A stretch of DNA of 64,000 nucleotides from positions 7,316,001 to 7,380,000 of the forward strand of contig OZ281496.1 in the NCBI GenBank assembly GCA_965637545.1, read 5' to 3'. Origin of the DNA: Phallusia mammillata. Its lineage: Eukaryota. Under the pieces are notes generated by a model, which was given only the letters and a program-made list of their open reading frames with translations, was not told the origin of the DNA and made no database searches. Each line of letters begins with the position of its first letter. Position 1 is the first letter of the stretch. Below are positions 49,469 to 63,800 of the stretch, one piece after another. A program made the position numbers and the translations under genes.

Positions 49469-49723
49469 GGTGAATGATTGGCGAAGCGAGTTTGTTTGTA
49501 TTGAAGGCATAAAGAGCCCCGAATCTCTCTACTTGGATGACTGCAATGACTTTACTAGTAAATTATCTGTGTGTGTTTTTACATTTTTTTGGTTCAAAAA
49601 TGTTTTGGCACCAAACGCAGATTGGGACGGTTTGCGTACACCTCGTTAAGTGGAACGACTCCAGTTGATTATGCTCATTCTAGGAGAGATTTGGATTCAA
49701 CAATTATGATATTTTATCGATAA
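49469..49723 (+). pseudogene. Intelectin-like fragment F (last two exons)
   Basis: VNDWRSEFVCIEG..DDCNDFT exon and WDG...DYAHSRRDLDSTIMIFYR exon with a 1-nt frameshift. Confidence 0.82.
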
Positions 49724-51537
49724 AGTTTATCAAAATTGTGATATTTTGTGCAAAAAAGGTCAGAAACAAATGTGTAACCCATAGGACTGAATGTGTTTTC
49801 TTTAAATACTTTACTTCCGCTTTAAATTTCTTTTATCGTGGTTGATGATTATGTTGTATTACATTATTACTAATTTCATATTTTAAACATAAAATTTCGT
49901 TGACAAATAAAGTCTTAATTGCTTTTTTATTAAATCTACAATTTACTTTCATTACATCTTAAATTGCCATTGTAATCAAACACAAACACGTTTTTGTTGG
50001 TAGATATTGTACTTACTTGCTTCATTGCAAATTAGTCATTTCACAAAATTTAAGCTCGAAATTTCTGCCATTGTTAACATGTTAAATTGTGTTGCTGATA
50101 ACAGAAGTCACGTGACTGAACTGAGCTTGAATCTGTAAATAAAGAATATTTGAATTATTTTGATATGCGGTAGTACGTCGTTGGTTTAAACCACGTTTGA
50201 CAGTTATCGATTTGTGGGGTGAAAATTTGCAATGCCTCGTATTGTATGACATGTTGCAAGATTCAACGCATTGACAAAAACCTAACAATTCTGTAATTTA
50301 ATCTGTTCAAATCATGCTGGTTGTGTGGATATACGAATTTAATCATCCTTTTTTATCAAGATTTTATTCATTGGTCCCAACTGGACCTGACTAGCGAAAC
50401 AGTGCAATTTAAGTGTATAAAACAGGACACGCTCATCATTTGTTTATTATTATTTGATAAAAAAAACTAATGTAAAATATATTTAAACAGTAGAAGAACT
50501 GGTTAGAAATATTTATTTCAGTGGTTTGCAGTCAAGTGACAAACCAAAAATCCAAATGTTAAAAAATGTGATTGAATGAAATATCATAATCATGTGCATT
50601 AGGGGAAAGAAGCACACTTGGACTCAGCAAATTATATGTTGTGTTTACTATAATGTTTTATTATGGCAACATCGACAGTTTTCTCTTGTGGTTTGTTATT
50701 CGAATTAAATTCTGCTTGTTTAAACAATCAGATAACTTAAATAATACAAACTTAGCCACAGTGGTCAAACTTTTTATAACGCCCGCTTTATAATGTACAT
50801 GCAGAAAATATCTTGCATCTGTTACAAACAAATCTCCTGCAGTTAAAATAGCATCGTTGCGTTTAGGCAACACACAGAAACACCCCCCCCCCAAAAAAAA
50901 ATAAAAAGTAAAATCAACTTGCATCGTTAGACCGTTCCTCCCAATGAAGGTGATACGAGCAATGACTTACTGGTCAAGCTCTCCGATTGTGATCATCACC
51001 CTTCTTCGGGAGCATCCCACTTCCTCTATTAGTTTACGAAGATACCTAAGAGCTACCCGTAATCGCAAAATTCGACAACTTGAGCTCCTGTACTCTCAGA
51101 ATCACATTACTAGTGCGGGCACTGGCTTTATCTCACATAAATCTTGATTTTGGGGATTAGTGCAGAATGCTCAAATCTTTTTAGGCTCACTGCAAATCTC
51201 AAATCACCACATATAGGCTACTGGTAAACTGCATTTACAGCCCACACTTCTACCAGTCCTTGGCAGATTGAAACTAAGCTATTTGAACAATCGCTAATTT
51301 TCAACTTTGCTGTTGATATAATCAAAATTCATAACTTTTTTCTGTGTACGGTTTTAAAGATTATAGACTCCCAAATACCATCGCGTAATTGAAATGCTTC
51401 TTTTTCTCTGTTCTTACGTTCTTTTACTATCATTTCTTGGAACTACTAGCTACTAGCAGTCGGTCGCTGCGGAAACCACACAGTTGTGAATTATGACAAA
51501 ATAAAGTGCGTTATTACCCCAAATGTATATATTACAC

Positions 51538-52030
51538 CAGTGGTTCTCAAACATTTTTGACCGCGACCCAAATCTGAGTTTTATGATCATCTCACGACCC
51601 AAGCTTCAAACATCAAAAAATCTATTTTTTTCTGATATGCATGAAATAGAAAAAAATCCCAAATCTAAAAATGTTTCCTTTTACGAATACTTACTCATCC
51701 CAATGGTTTATAATCTCTTTGCTCATCCTTAAATGCTAACTGTTACATCTCCACAGTTTCGCATGATTAACTTGTCCTATTATTTGCCGTGCTATGACGT
51801 TACAATCGCCATGTGCGTAACGGTAAGGTTTGAAGACTATTGTCTGTATGTGGTAGTGGTTGGTTTATTTTAATGTACAACGTGGTCGAGTGAGGTGACT
51901 TTACTACTACTACATAAAGTAAATTTGTTTGTGTTTACTTAATGCAGTAATAGTTTGTGTGGGCAGAATTGAATCACCATAGCGCGACCCATTTTTTGAC
52001 CCTGCGCGACCCATACTTTGAGAACCACTG
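51538..52030. mobile_element. hAT (Charlie-like) MITE
   Basis: TIR CAGTGGTTCTCAAA; perfect 8-bp TSD TATTACAC at 51530-51537 and 52031-52038. Confidence 0.92.
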
Positions 52031-52549
52031 TATTACACCTTACGCAAGGTTCACTTGAGCACGATAACAGTATGTAATAAAACGATTATATAACTCTGAT
52101 AATTTGTGCTCTGGCCAAATTCGATAAAAATCCGTAGAAATGTAAACACTGATCAAAATGATAAATTGTCTGGATGGTGTAATGGTCAAATTTTCAAAAA
52201 AAATTTGCATCCGGCCGAAAGGGCAGAGTGAACCCCACCTTGACCCCCCCTAACCGAAAACCTGCGGACGCCCTAGTATAGAATTACTTCAACCTTTTCG
52301 CGGTTCCCGTAAAATTGCTTCACGGGCTTCAAGGACCGCTGACCCCAGTTTTAGAACCGCTGCACTAGAGTGACCACTATTAACACTTTCGATCACTTTG
52401 TATGCAACCCTGTTGCCAGAAGACAAATGATTCTCTTAAATGGTGTTGTACTATAAGCAACTAATGTGTAAAAAAGAACTTTTCGCATGTGTGTTGTGGG
52501 AGGAAATACACATTCATACGTTTTTTCCAGATTTTGACAGAATTTAATC

Positions 52550-55500
52550 ATGGATGATGGTGATGTAGATATTGGTGCTAATGCATATGAAACTATTGAA
52601 GAAAGACATTTTCGTCATGCTCCACCTAATATAAGACACTCAAGTAAAGACATTTTATGAAAGTTTATGGTTAGTTTACGAACTGCAACATTATCAATGC
52701 ATATAAAATAAGTTTTATTGTAGTTATCGAAATGTACAAAACAGAAAAAAGATAAACAAATTAAATTGGCTTTAAGTATATTGAGAAAAAGTTAAATCTG
52801 CATTATACCTTTATTTTGATAATCACTTCTTCCACTTAAATGTAAAATATTTTTCGTATCTAATCATATATCATGCGTTTATGAAAAAGAATTTCCGAAG
52901 ACATTCTCAAATGAGTATGAAAATCCCTTACCAAAGTTTCATAGAGAAAATGGAAATACATTGAGTCCAACAGATGCGTCTGTGCAAAAAAATGGTAAGG
53001 GCGTTTTAGAAAAAGTTTATCAAAGGTGAAATTAGTTAAACTTTTCTGTTTCAACTTAGAAAATGTCAAAGTTCAATCCAAAAAAAGTGAAAAAAAGTGT
53101 GTGCAAAAACAGAGCTTCTCGAAACTGAACATAATCTTGGTGTGTGTGATTGTAATTCTGGCTGCTTCGGCGCTAGGTTTCGGAATACTTTACTTCACGA
53201 AAGACCAGGTGTGTAATATTTTTTTTGTAAAAGCTATGCAATGTTTCTATGCAACAAGATTCTTTTGCTTTAGGACGAAACGGAAGAACTTTATGAAAGT
53301 AAGTCAAATATTCGAAAACATATTTGGGTCAACTAAATAGATTTAAAAGTTATATCAATGCTAAATGTCAGAAACATGATCGTACAATTTTTGAAAAACT
53401 GTCCAAGAAATCAATATTTTAGTTTTGTTTGAAAACTCTCTATAGGTAATTATTTATTACTTTCTCATACGTTTACAAATACAAATGATATTTGTATAGC
53501 ACCACTGACAAATGGACAAGCAGCTTTAAACACAGCTGAATATGTGACAACAACCCCCAAACTTGGTAATGATGTATAGTTGTTGTTCCAGTGTTGCTAA
53601 ATTATTTCTTTAGCACTGCAGACAACTGGACAAATCAACTTTAACACAACTGGATCAGTAGCAACAACACCACCGCTTGGTACTTTCCGCAACCCTGCAA
53701 GTTCATGTGTTGAACTGAGAGATGCTGGTTTTAAAGATGGAATCTACGTCATACAACCGTCACTCATATCGTTTGAGGTATTTACCAAATCATTTTACTC
53801 ACATTATCGATGTATTTGGAAGGAAAATAATAATCAATGCATAAATGTATTTAGACAGTGGAAATATTGAAATATATAAAAATTTAAGAAATACAAATGC
53901 ATTTAGGTTTACTGTGACATGATAGCAGCTGGTGGTGGATGGATGGATTCTCGTGGCCACAATAAACAACAATAATTTCAATATGACAGAAGCCTATGGT
54001 GGATCGTGGTTTCTTACGACGTCAAACAATCACCAAAATTACTTGAGTAAATTTGGCAATGTAACACAAATTGCTACAGCTCATTTTTACTATTCAATTC
54101 CAGATTATCAAAATTGAATGAACACAAATTCATTCGGAACATTTGACAATTGCACAAAATCAGATTTCAAAAGTCAAGCTTATTACGAATATCAGGTAAA
54201 TATTGTGTGTTGTAAAAAGTGGAACATTTTTTGCGACTACAATTTTTCAGGGAAAAGACATTATGTTACGTCATGTTCCAAACCAAACTCCACTGGGTGT
54301 CAGCAAAGAGCAAGGTTTTCTGCAATATCAAACAGAGAACGGTTTTTTGAAAAATCATGGAGGAAATTTGCTTAATTTGTTTACTACTCATTATCCATTA
54401 AAATCTACAAGTGGTAATGTACTTAACTTTGCGATATTTCGTTTTTGACAGTGGTAACACTATATTTTTTGTTCTTGAAAATTATGTAAATTTGGTGTGT
54501 GCTAACAATCATTTTTGTAAGGGTGATTTATTCGATGCCAGTTCTGGATGATTTTAATTGATTAATTTTATATCCAAGCTTTCTTTCCTGATGTAAAATC
54601 GATGTTGGATCGACTTGCTGCTAAATCCAAAGAAATTACAAAGCATATTTCTGATTTCTATTTTTATGATTATGATACTGGTTCAATCTCGCTACGCGAT
54701 AACAACGTTTATTCCTCTGGTGGAATGCTGGTAATATATCCACATGGCGGTATTTTTGAGGAACCATAAATAAAAAGTGTTTGCACAGGCAAACATTGGA
54801 ACAAGCCAATCTTGCTATCCCAGCTCACATAAAGCAAATTGTCAAGACGGCTATATACATTATGGTTTGGATTATAAGTAAGTTAATTTTTTTAGTTTTA
54901 CTGGTTTTACGTAAACTTCTACTGTTTTGCTTAACAATATAGATGTGATCTTGGAAACATGATGCAATCGAGTCGAAAAACGCATCCTTTTTTTGCCTTG
55001 TTTGCGGTGGGAAATTTTGATAATTGCTTTTCCAGCATGAGCTTTTGGGTAAAGGAATAACGCATTAACAATTTATCTGAAGTCATTCCATTGTTTTATG
55101 ATTGATATGTATAGGTTCGTTCTTTCCGACCAAATACAGAAACCATAGTTTTGTACGAAAGAAATCACACTCTCAACAATTTCCTTTTACATTATGAAGC
55201 ACAATGTAGAAATGGGACTTTGTATGCCAGCTTGTGTGATGTTTGGTTTCATGTCATAAACACTGAGGTAAGCTGGATTCGAAGCCTGTTTGTGGTCAGT
55301 GTTTCTTCTTCTTTGCAAATGCACAACTCAATCCATTTTCTAACCAATTCGGTAATATATGAAAATTTTCATCAATTTTACCCAAATACGCTCGAGTTAT
55401 ACAAGAACGAAACTAAGTGAACTCTTTAGCTATTTGATCGACATCTAATATTTATCACTAAAACCAAAACTGTAATTATAACTGAGAAATAAATTCAAAT

Positions 55501-56566
55501 TAACGTGTTATTTGTTGTTTGTCACCTAGAATTGGAATTCATCTGCAGCGCCAACTACAGAACCGTACAAAATAACATATTTATCACACTATTATTTTGG
55601 ATGGAGAATTCGTGAAGCTGTATCTAACACACTTTTCGGTTACACAATGGTTGCAAGGTAAACTGTTGTTCACTGCTGAGTGTAAAGTGATATTACTATA
55701 TAATAGTGATCTTCATGTTGTTGTTATATTTGACTTTCCTGCATAGAAAAAATGCTACTTTGATATCTGAAACAGAGATCGACGCTGTTACCTACAAAAT
55801 ATTGGAAATTATTTCAGAAACTGACAACTTCTGTGAGTAAAGTGTATTTTAGCAACAATCAATCACAATGCAGTTTGTTTTGTTAAGAAATGTTTGTTTT
55901 ATCTTACAATCAATTTGAAACATTTACTAGTGAAAGTAGTTTGTTTTGTAAGGAGATGTTTATGCAACCAGGTTTGAATAATTTGCCATTCATGCAATTT
56001 TAACTATTCCAAATCAATCGTCTGCTTCTTGCATTACTTTTTAGTCTAATGATTATTTTAAACTTGGTTCGATTCCGTGGTTAACTCGATGCTGCCACCA
56101 AGTGTAAAACCTCTACCGACCGGTTTTGTTCAGTTTCGTGCTTATGGAAGAAGTGGGGGAGTCTACGCAATGTGTCCTGCTGTTAAGTAAGTCCCTCTTC
56201 AGGTACATCAAACTGTACAAAAATACAACTGTAAATAAAGTTGATTTAAAGTAAACATTAAAAAGTTAATGGGCTCTTATTGGAGCCTAACGTACGCGAA
56301 ATCTGAATTGTTTAGAGTGAACGATTGGAGAAGTGAATTTGTGTGTATTGGAGGAATGAAGAATCCAGACTCTCTCTACTTGGATGACTGCAATGATTTC
56401 ACAAGTACATAACTTTTTCTTTTCCATTTGGGTTTTTCAATGAAACATATTTGATAAAATAGATTGGAATGGATTACCAAACACCGTGATGCTAGGAACA
56501 ACTCCAGTCGATTATGCTCATTCTTAGAGAGATTTGGATTCAACAATTATGATATTTTATCGATAA
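52550..56566 (+). pseudogene. Intelectin-like receptor copy D, full length but disabled
   Basis: ATG 52550, TM exon ending 53208; GGAT duplication at 53937-53948 (+4), TGG to TGA at 54115, CAG to TAG at 56525, 5' half of the PVQF exon deleted near 56065. Confidence 0.85.
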
Positions 56567-57124
56567 GTATGTTCTGAATCATTGCATTAACTATCTTTAT
56601 GATGAAAATGTAGTGCTAGTTATTGTACATTTCTAATGAATTAATGTGATTTCTTTCTTACGCTTTTAGTAACCTTGTACTATTCGCGTTTAACATGCTT
56701 TTGTCCAGTATTAATAACAACTTTCTGCGCTATAAATGATTTTGTCATTGTTAATTAAATAATTTGTGCAAATGCAACAACGGCATGGCAGTCAAAACTT
56801 ACTTCTGCAGTGAGGCTGTGTAAATGCGAAGGCAATACACTGTAGCGATTGCGATATAGTTTGTGCAAACTTTGCAATAATTGTTTACCAAAGTAGCTCG
56901 TTTTTGACTCGCTAGCTCAAAGGCTACGAGGAAGTTAAAATGCATAGCAACCAAATCCCACTGTATTGACAAATCGTGTTCGGACTGCTGTACCCTAGCC
57001 AAACCACAGGAGTGCATTTTTTTGTCTTACTTGTTGCCTATCAAAAATAAAATAAAAATGAACAAAATATAAATATTGGCGACAGATTTTCGCGAATGCT
57101 TACCAACTCTGGCATTATGCCAGC

Positions 57125-57487
57125 CAGAAGTGCACACTTTACTTATCCTTTGCATTCGATAATATCACACGGGTCGCAATGCCATGTGCCAACACGTAGG
57201 CAACGTTGAGCACGAATTGCGGCTAATTAGATCCCTTCAAATAGTACGTCATGCGTTCGCTCTGTGTGCAACCGATAGGAATGATCGCCCTACGACAGTA
57301 ACAGAAGTGCACACTTTACTTATCCTTTGCATTCGATAATATCACACGGGTCGCAATGCCATGTGCCAACACGTAGGCAACGTTGAGCACGAATTGCGGC
57401 TAATTAGATCCCTTCAAATAGTACGTCATGCGTTCGCTCTGTGTGCAACCGATAGGAATGATCGCCCTACGACAGTAACAGAAGTGC
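57125..57487. repeat. 177-bp essentially perfect tandem duplication
   Basis: Unit starts CAGAAGTGC at 57125, 57302 and (partial) 57479. Confidence 0.92.
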
Positions 57488-58755
57488 GCATACAAATGAA
57501 GGGAACAATCTAACGATATGTGATTTTCCTGGGACACTATACAATGTCAAAATTTTTCTGCGCCCAGGAAATGAAATAAACAAATATTTAAAAAAATATC
57601 TTATCTTATTATAGTACGAAACTTTACAGAAATTATATCTGTCGCCCAAATATCATTACAAATATGACAGATAATAATAAAACAGGCAGCTCGTCGGTGG
57701 ACTAACGCATTCAGGCGTTGCCCGTCCACCGAGTATAAAAACAAAACATAAACGTTTTTGAGTCTTTTCGTAATTAATGTGTTGCTCGAACCGGTCATTT
57801 GTTTCATGGTTCAAATTAAGTTACTGTTTGTAAAAGCGACGAAAAACCGTTTTTCGGAGTCACTGCCCGGTTCAATTTCTCCTGCTTCAAGTACAATGTA
57901 ATAATGTAGTAATCTTTTCACCAATCATTTCACTACAGGTTTGCCACAACAAATATGGCAAAATTTCAACCGAAAGACTGTTTTTCTAGCACATTTCTAA
58001 CGCATTATTTCTGAGATTTTGCACACTGTTTCTACTTTTGAACTAGAACATATCAAACATTATGTCAGAACAGTTTCTATTGTTTTAATTTAATACTTTG
58101 CTGGTTGGTTGTTTGTATCATTTTGGTCTTCGGTAGCCGATAGCGACCAAATCGCTAGCACACAAATGCAATAAACTTATGCAGTTGAGCAGATATGTTT
58201 ACTGCGCGTTTAATGCACGTTGATAACATATGGTATTGTTATATGCGCCCAAGCAGCATATTTCCGCTTTGAATCAAATCCATTGTTTCAAGCGACTGGT
58301 AACTGATCACATGAACAGCGTACGTTCCAATGCATATGAGTAAACCTATGTAAAACATACAAAGCGTTTTAACCGCAAAGTAGGATTGTAAAACTGACAA
58401 CCTTAAAAGATATTGAACCACCGAGTTGAATTTTTTGTTACATTTCTATGATTGAAACCAGCGTTAACCGAATTAAAAAAGTATTAGTAATCAGCAGTCC
58501 AGCGTTTGTAATAAATATGGTAAAAACTTACAGTTGATGTACAACCTTAAATGAAAATATTTAGAAGTATCTCAGTTAAAACTTTTGTTCTTACAATAAA
58601 TCGTATGAGAACCTCATTAAAAACATTGCATTGTTTCGAACCCTGCGTTGCTGCAGTGCGCTTGCTTTGATTTTGCTGCATATGTGTGACGTAATATTTG
58701 TAATATTAAAACATGAAGGTCAGATCGGCGCTGAATGTTGACGTCAGATGCATAT

Positions 58756-58794
58756 AGAGTCTATGTTATACAACCGTCACTGACCATGTTTAAG
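58756..58794 (+). pseudogene. Remnant H of the fibrinogen-like first exon
   Basis: Reads RVYVIQPSLTMFK followed by a GT donor, cf. GIYVIQPSLKPFE. Confidence 0.55.
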
Positions 58795-59034
58795 GTACCA
58801 AGCAAAACAAGTCACGTTTTGTTATTTTATTAAATTCGTTTCACAACTTCGCTTTTGCAAATCTTCATTCAAGATAATTGTTAGTAAAGTTGTCCCTTTC
58901 ATATCAAGATGTAAATGCTCCAAATGTTTTGCATTGATTTGTTTTGTACATTTTTTCTAGCGCTTTTATTGGTAGTAAAGACAAAATTTGTGACATTTAA
59001 TTTGACTTCTATCACTCTACTAAACCCGAAGGTC

Positions 59035-59105
59035 CAGGGGGTGATCAAACTACGGCTAGCGGGCCGCATGCAGCCCGGAAAAGGAGTTTATGCGGCCCGC
59101 CAAAC
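59035..59105. mobile_element. Terminus of a hAT-like MITE
   Basis: CAGGGGGTGATCAAAC followed by GCGGGCCGCATG/GCGGCCCG subterminal motifs; matching end not firmly found. Confidence 0.35.
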
Positions 59106-60892
59106 GTTAGTAAATTCAAAAGAAAAAGTTACCGAGCAACGCTAAATAGTATTATGAGCATAGGCGTAGAGTTTTGAAAGATACCGAGTGCCACATGCCA
59201 ATACCTACACCATTTGCAGTTTCTGGATCCGTACCATACTTTGGGACAAAACACAGATTCTTGTTCATGCTTTAGTCTGTTGTTTCTGTCACGTTATTTT
59301 GCAAACCGTCACTTGACACCATTTCTGCTTTCGGTAAACGTAACCAAAAGTAAAAGCGATTAATGTTTTCAAATACTGTGCACTGTTGACGCCAAAACTT
59401 TGGTCACTTCCGATCAACTTGAGGTCGTTGCAGTACCTTGCAAACGGACATCAAACATTGGAATCGTAAAACAAACCCCTACAACACCTAATGACGGATA
59501 CCCAACTAAAATACTAAAATCGACCCCTTATTGGTTACTGTTGGCGCAAGGAATTTATTAACAAAAAGACGTTGTATAGCCTATGTTGCAACAAATTTCT
59601 GTTTTTTTTTTATAAACAAATTGTTTAGTTTTGACCAATGTTTGTGATATCAATGAAGTGACAACAAACGTATTTGTTTTTAGTTGGAAACGTATGATTT
59701 AAATATATTATGCGACACAAAAAATGAGGACTTTTGAATGCGGCCCTGGCACTGAAAACAACGTGCCATGCCCCCCCCCCCCCCCCTCAAGAAATTTTGA
59801 CTGGCTGTTTTAGTATTGAATCTTGCAATTTCAGACAAAACTGTAAATAGCAATGTGCGTAACGCATGGATGCTCGTCACACATCTCAATAAACAATGGC
59901 AATCTAGGCCACTTGGCGTCCAACTACGCGTATGACGTCACAATGGATTTTATAATAGCTTTGTTATGTCACACTCATTCAAGTGAAGATAATTCACAAT
60001 ATGATTAAGACTGTTAGAAACAACTGTGTCGAGTGTTAAAAAGTGTTACATGTATACGATCGAATCGTGACTATACGTTCGTTACTTACAGCAAGAGTAA
60101 GGGCTTCACAGGGCCTTAGACTAACCAGCATTTAGTTGATATTGCGAGTTTAGTAGGCACAACAGGTGCTAACAGAGAGGTCTACACAGTCTACCGCCAG
60201 ATGAGGCTATTTCTACCGCAATGTTGCGCATTTTCCGCCACAAGATGGCGGAAAATATTTTGTATTATTAAACTCTAAATTCATTAATAAAACTCTAAAT
60301 TCTGTATATTTTATTCAGCATTTTTGTGCAAAAATAATGGTATAAGATTGGCATTGTAATCACGGAGTAACTAATCCTGCTTGTAACTTTATATCCAGTC
60401 GAAACTTCCTTCAACATTCGACCACGCTGTTTGTCATTCGTTTGCTTGTAAAAAAAAGCATCCCATTGTACCAACTAAACGTGTTTGTGAATACGCGGTT
60501 AAACTAAGATCCAATTCAACACGTGAATAGCTATTATTACACTATTGCACAAACAACAGAACTGAGAGTGGAACTCTGAAACAACATGTAGTTTGTGTTG
60601 GTTTGACTAATAGGCGGGGGTTGCTTCTCTTTTCACAATAGACGTAACGTCCTCAATGTAACTCATTCACTGTTTGTCAATCCATCACTAATGTTGGAAT
60701 GAGTAAGATAATAAGAACATGTTCTTTGTTCGTCTGTGGTCACGATGCAGTTTGCTTTGTTCCATGACAAATTTCATAAGGTTTACTGCGGCAACATATC
60801 AATATTTAACATAATAAAATACTGATTTATGTCAGGCAAGGAGTAAAAATTTGTAAACATGGTCCTTTTTTAAGATTTTCACTGAATTCAAC

Positions 60893-63800
60893 CAAGAATT
60901 ATGGTGATATTGGTGCTAATGCCTACGAAGCTGTTAAAATGCACGAAGGACAATTCATTCATGCTCCAGTTAATAGAGTGATACTATGTAAGTGTTACAT
61001 AAAGTTTATGGACTGCAAAAAAAATAATTTTATTGTATTTTTTGAAACTTACAAAACATAGACAAAACGCAACAAGATAAATTGGCAATAAGACCATTCA
61101 TCAGAACTTAAATATGCATCATAACTTTATTTGATGATCAGTTCTTAAACTTGAATGTAAAATATTTTTTGTATCTGACCAATCACAAATCTTGTATTTG
61201 TAAAGCAGAATTCCAGGAAACATCCTCAAATATGTATGAAAAACCAATACCAAGGTTCCATACAGAAAATGAGTCCCATAGGTGCATCTGTGCAAGAATA
61301 TGGTAAGAAAAAAGTGTTTCAGAAAAAGTTTATCAAAATCGTAATATCGTTAAACATTTTTGTTTCAACTTAGAAAATGCTAAAATTCATTTGAAAAGAA
61401 GTGAAAAAAGTGTGTGAAAGAACAAAGCTTCTCGAAACTAAATATTGTATTGGTGTGTACGATTGTAATCCTGGCTGCTTCGGCGCTAGGTTTTGGAATA
61501 CTTTACTTCACGAAAGACAAAGTGTGCGATGTTTGTTTTGTAAAATATATGCAATGTTTTTATGCAACAAGATTTTTTGCTTTAGAACGAAACGGAAGAA
61601 GTTGATAAAAGTAAGTCAAATATTCGAGAACTCACTTGGATTATTAATTTGCTTTAAAAGTACTAACATTGCTGAAACATGATCTGAAAATTGCGTACAT
61701 TTTGAGAAAAGTAGTAAAAAAATTACAAAGCTGTCCAAGGGATCACGTTAGGTTTACAAATTTGCTCGGAAATTCACGGTACAAAGGATAATAATTAATT
61801 ATTCTTTCATAAGTTTACAAATACAATTTGCATAGCACCTCTGACAATTGTACAAGCAGCATTAAACACAACTAAATATTTGACTATAAAAACAACCACT
61901 TGGCAAAAGTGTATAGTTGTTGTTTCGAAATTCATTTTAAATTAAGTGTTGCCCAATTATTTCTTTAGCACACCAGACAACTGGACAAATAAACTTCAAC
62001 AATAGTGAATCAGTGGCAACAGAATTACCGCTTGGTACTTTCCGCAACCCAGCGCATTCACGTATTCAACTGAGAGATGCAGGATTCAAGGATGGAATCT
62101 ACGTAATTAAAGCCACGCTCAAATCGTTTGAGGTATTGTACAATTCATTTTCCAAATAATTTTTTTCTTTTGTAATTGTTTAAACATGTTTATCAAACCT
62201 TAAATATTAAACTTATCAGATATTTGCAAAGAAAAGAAAGCTACTTACTAAAAAAGTTGCTTTTGGAGGAATCAATTATCATTATCAATGTATTGAGAAG
62301 GAAAATTATAGAAGTTTTGAAAATGCGTAGACTAATTTCTTTTAATTTTTCGAAAATGATTTAGTTTTGAGATGCATTTAGGTTTACTGTGACATGTCAG
62401 CTGATGGTGGTGGATGGATTCTCGCGGCTACTATCAACAACGATAATTTCAATATTAGTGAAGCTTACGCTGGATCGTGGTTTCTTACGACGTCAAACTA
62501 TCACCAAAATTACTTGAGTAAATTTGGCAATATGACACAAATTGCAACAGCTATTTTAATTTTTATAATTCCAGATTATCAAAACTGGATGAACACAAAT
62601 TCATTCGGAACATTTGACAATTGCACAAGATCAGATTTCAAAAGTCAAGCTTATTCTGATTATCAGGCAGATATTATGTGATGTAAAAAGTGGTATATTT
62701 ATAACAAGTACAATTTTCCAGGTGAAAGATATTATGTTACGTCATGTTCCTAACCGAACTCCACTGGGAGTCAGCAGAGAGCAAGGTTTTCTGCAATATC
62801 AAACAGATAACGGATTTATGAAATATTATGGTGGAAATTTGCACAATTTGTTTAATAATCATTTTCCATTGAAACCAACGAGTGGTAATATAATTAACGT
62901 TTCGATACGTTTTTCTTGACTCTGGTTACAACTTATAGATATTTTTTCTGTAAAAAAATGATTCAAATAACAAATGAAGCATACAAAGTAAAATAAATCG
63001 CCTTTGTTGCTTGTGGGTTTGTATGTTCACAACTCTCTTTGAAAAGATGATTCATTTAATTGCATTTCTGGAACCCTTTGTTTCATACATTCTAGTTTTG
63101 TTCTCTTTTCAGTTTTTACCCCAAAATAGATTTGATGTTGGATCGATTTGTTGCACAATCTTCAGAAATCACAAACCGTATTTCTGATTTCTATTTTTAC
63201 GGTTATAGTATTCATTCAAGTGGGCTTTTTGATAACAATGTTTATTCGTCTCACGGAATGGGGGTGAGTTACCAGCATGATCGTTCTGTAGTGTAATTAC
63301 AAATTAAAGTGTTTACACAGGTGTCTAGCACAACACACTCTTGCTATCCAAGCTCGTACAAAGCAAATTGTCCATCAGGGAGTTTGCGATATGGGTTGAA
63401 TTATAAGTAAGTCAAATATTGCCTTTAATTTTACGTTTTTACTGGTTTTACGTCAACACTTACTTTTCTTCGTAACCAAACAGATGCGACCTTGGCAATA
63501 CGATTCGATTAAGCAGAAAAACGCACCCCTTCTTTGCCTTGTTTGCTATGGGAAACTTGATCACTGCTTTTTCAACATGTTCTTAAGGGTAACAGAATAC
63601 GGCATTTACCGTAATAATTTTGATTTTTATGTTTGATAATTTCAGGTTCTTTCTTTTCGATCAAATACGGATTCGATAGTTGTATACAAAGGAAACCGCA
63701 CTTCTAACAATTTCTTTTTACATTATGAAGCACAATGTAGATATGGATCGTCATTAGCCAGCTTGTGTGATGTTTGGTTTTATGTCATTAACACCGAGGT

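Noticed and set aside
61270-61410. Compensating frameshifts (-11 and -1) rescuing copy E
   Set aside because: The intermediate frame has TGA at the exon junction, so the frame is not rescued under this splice model
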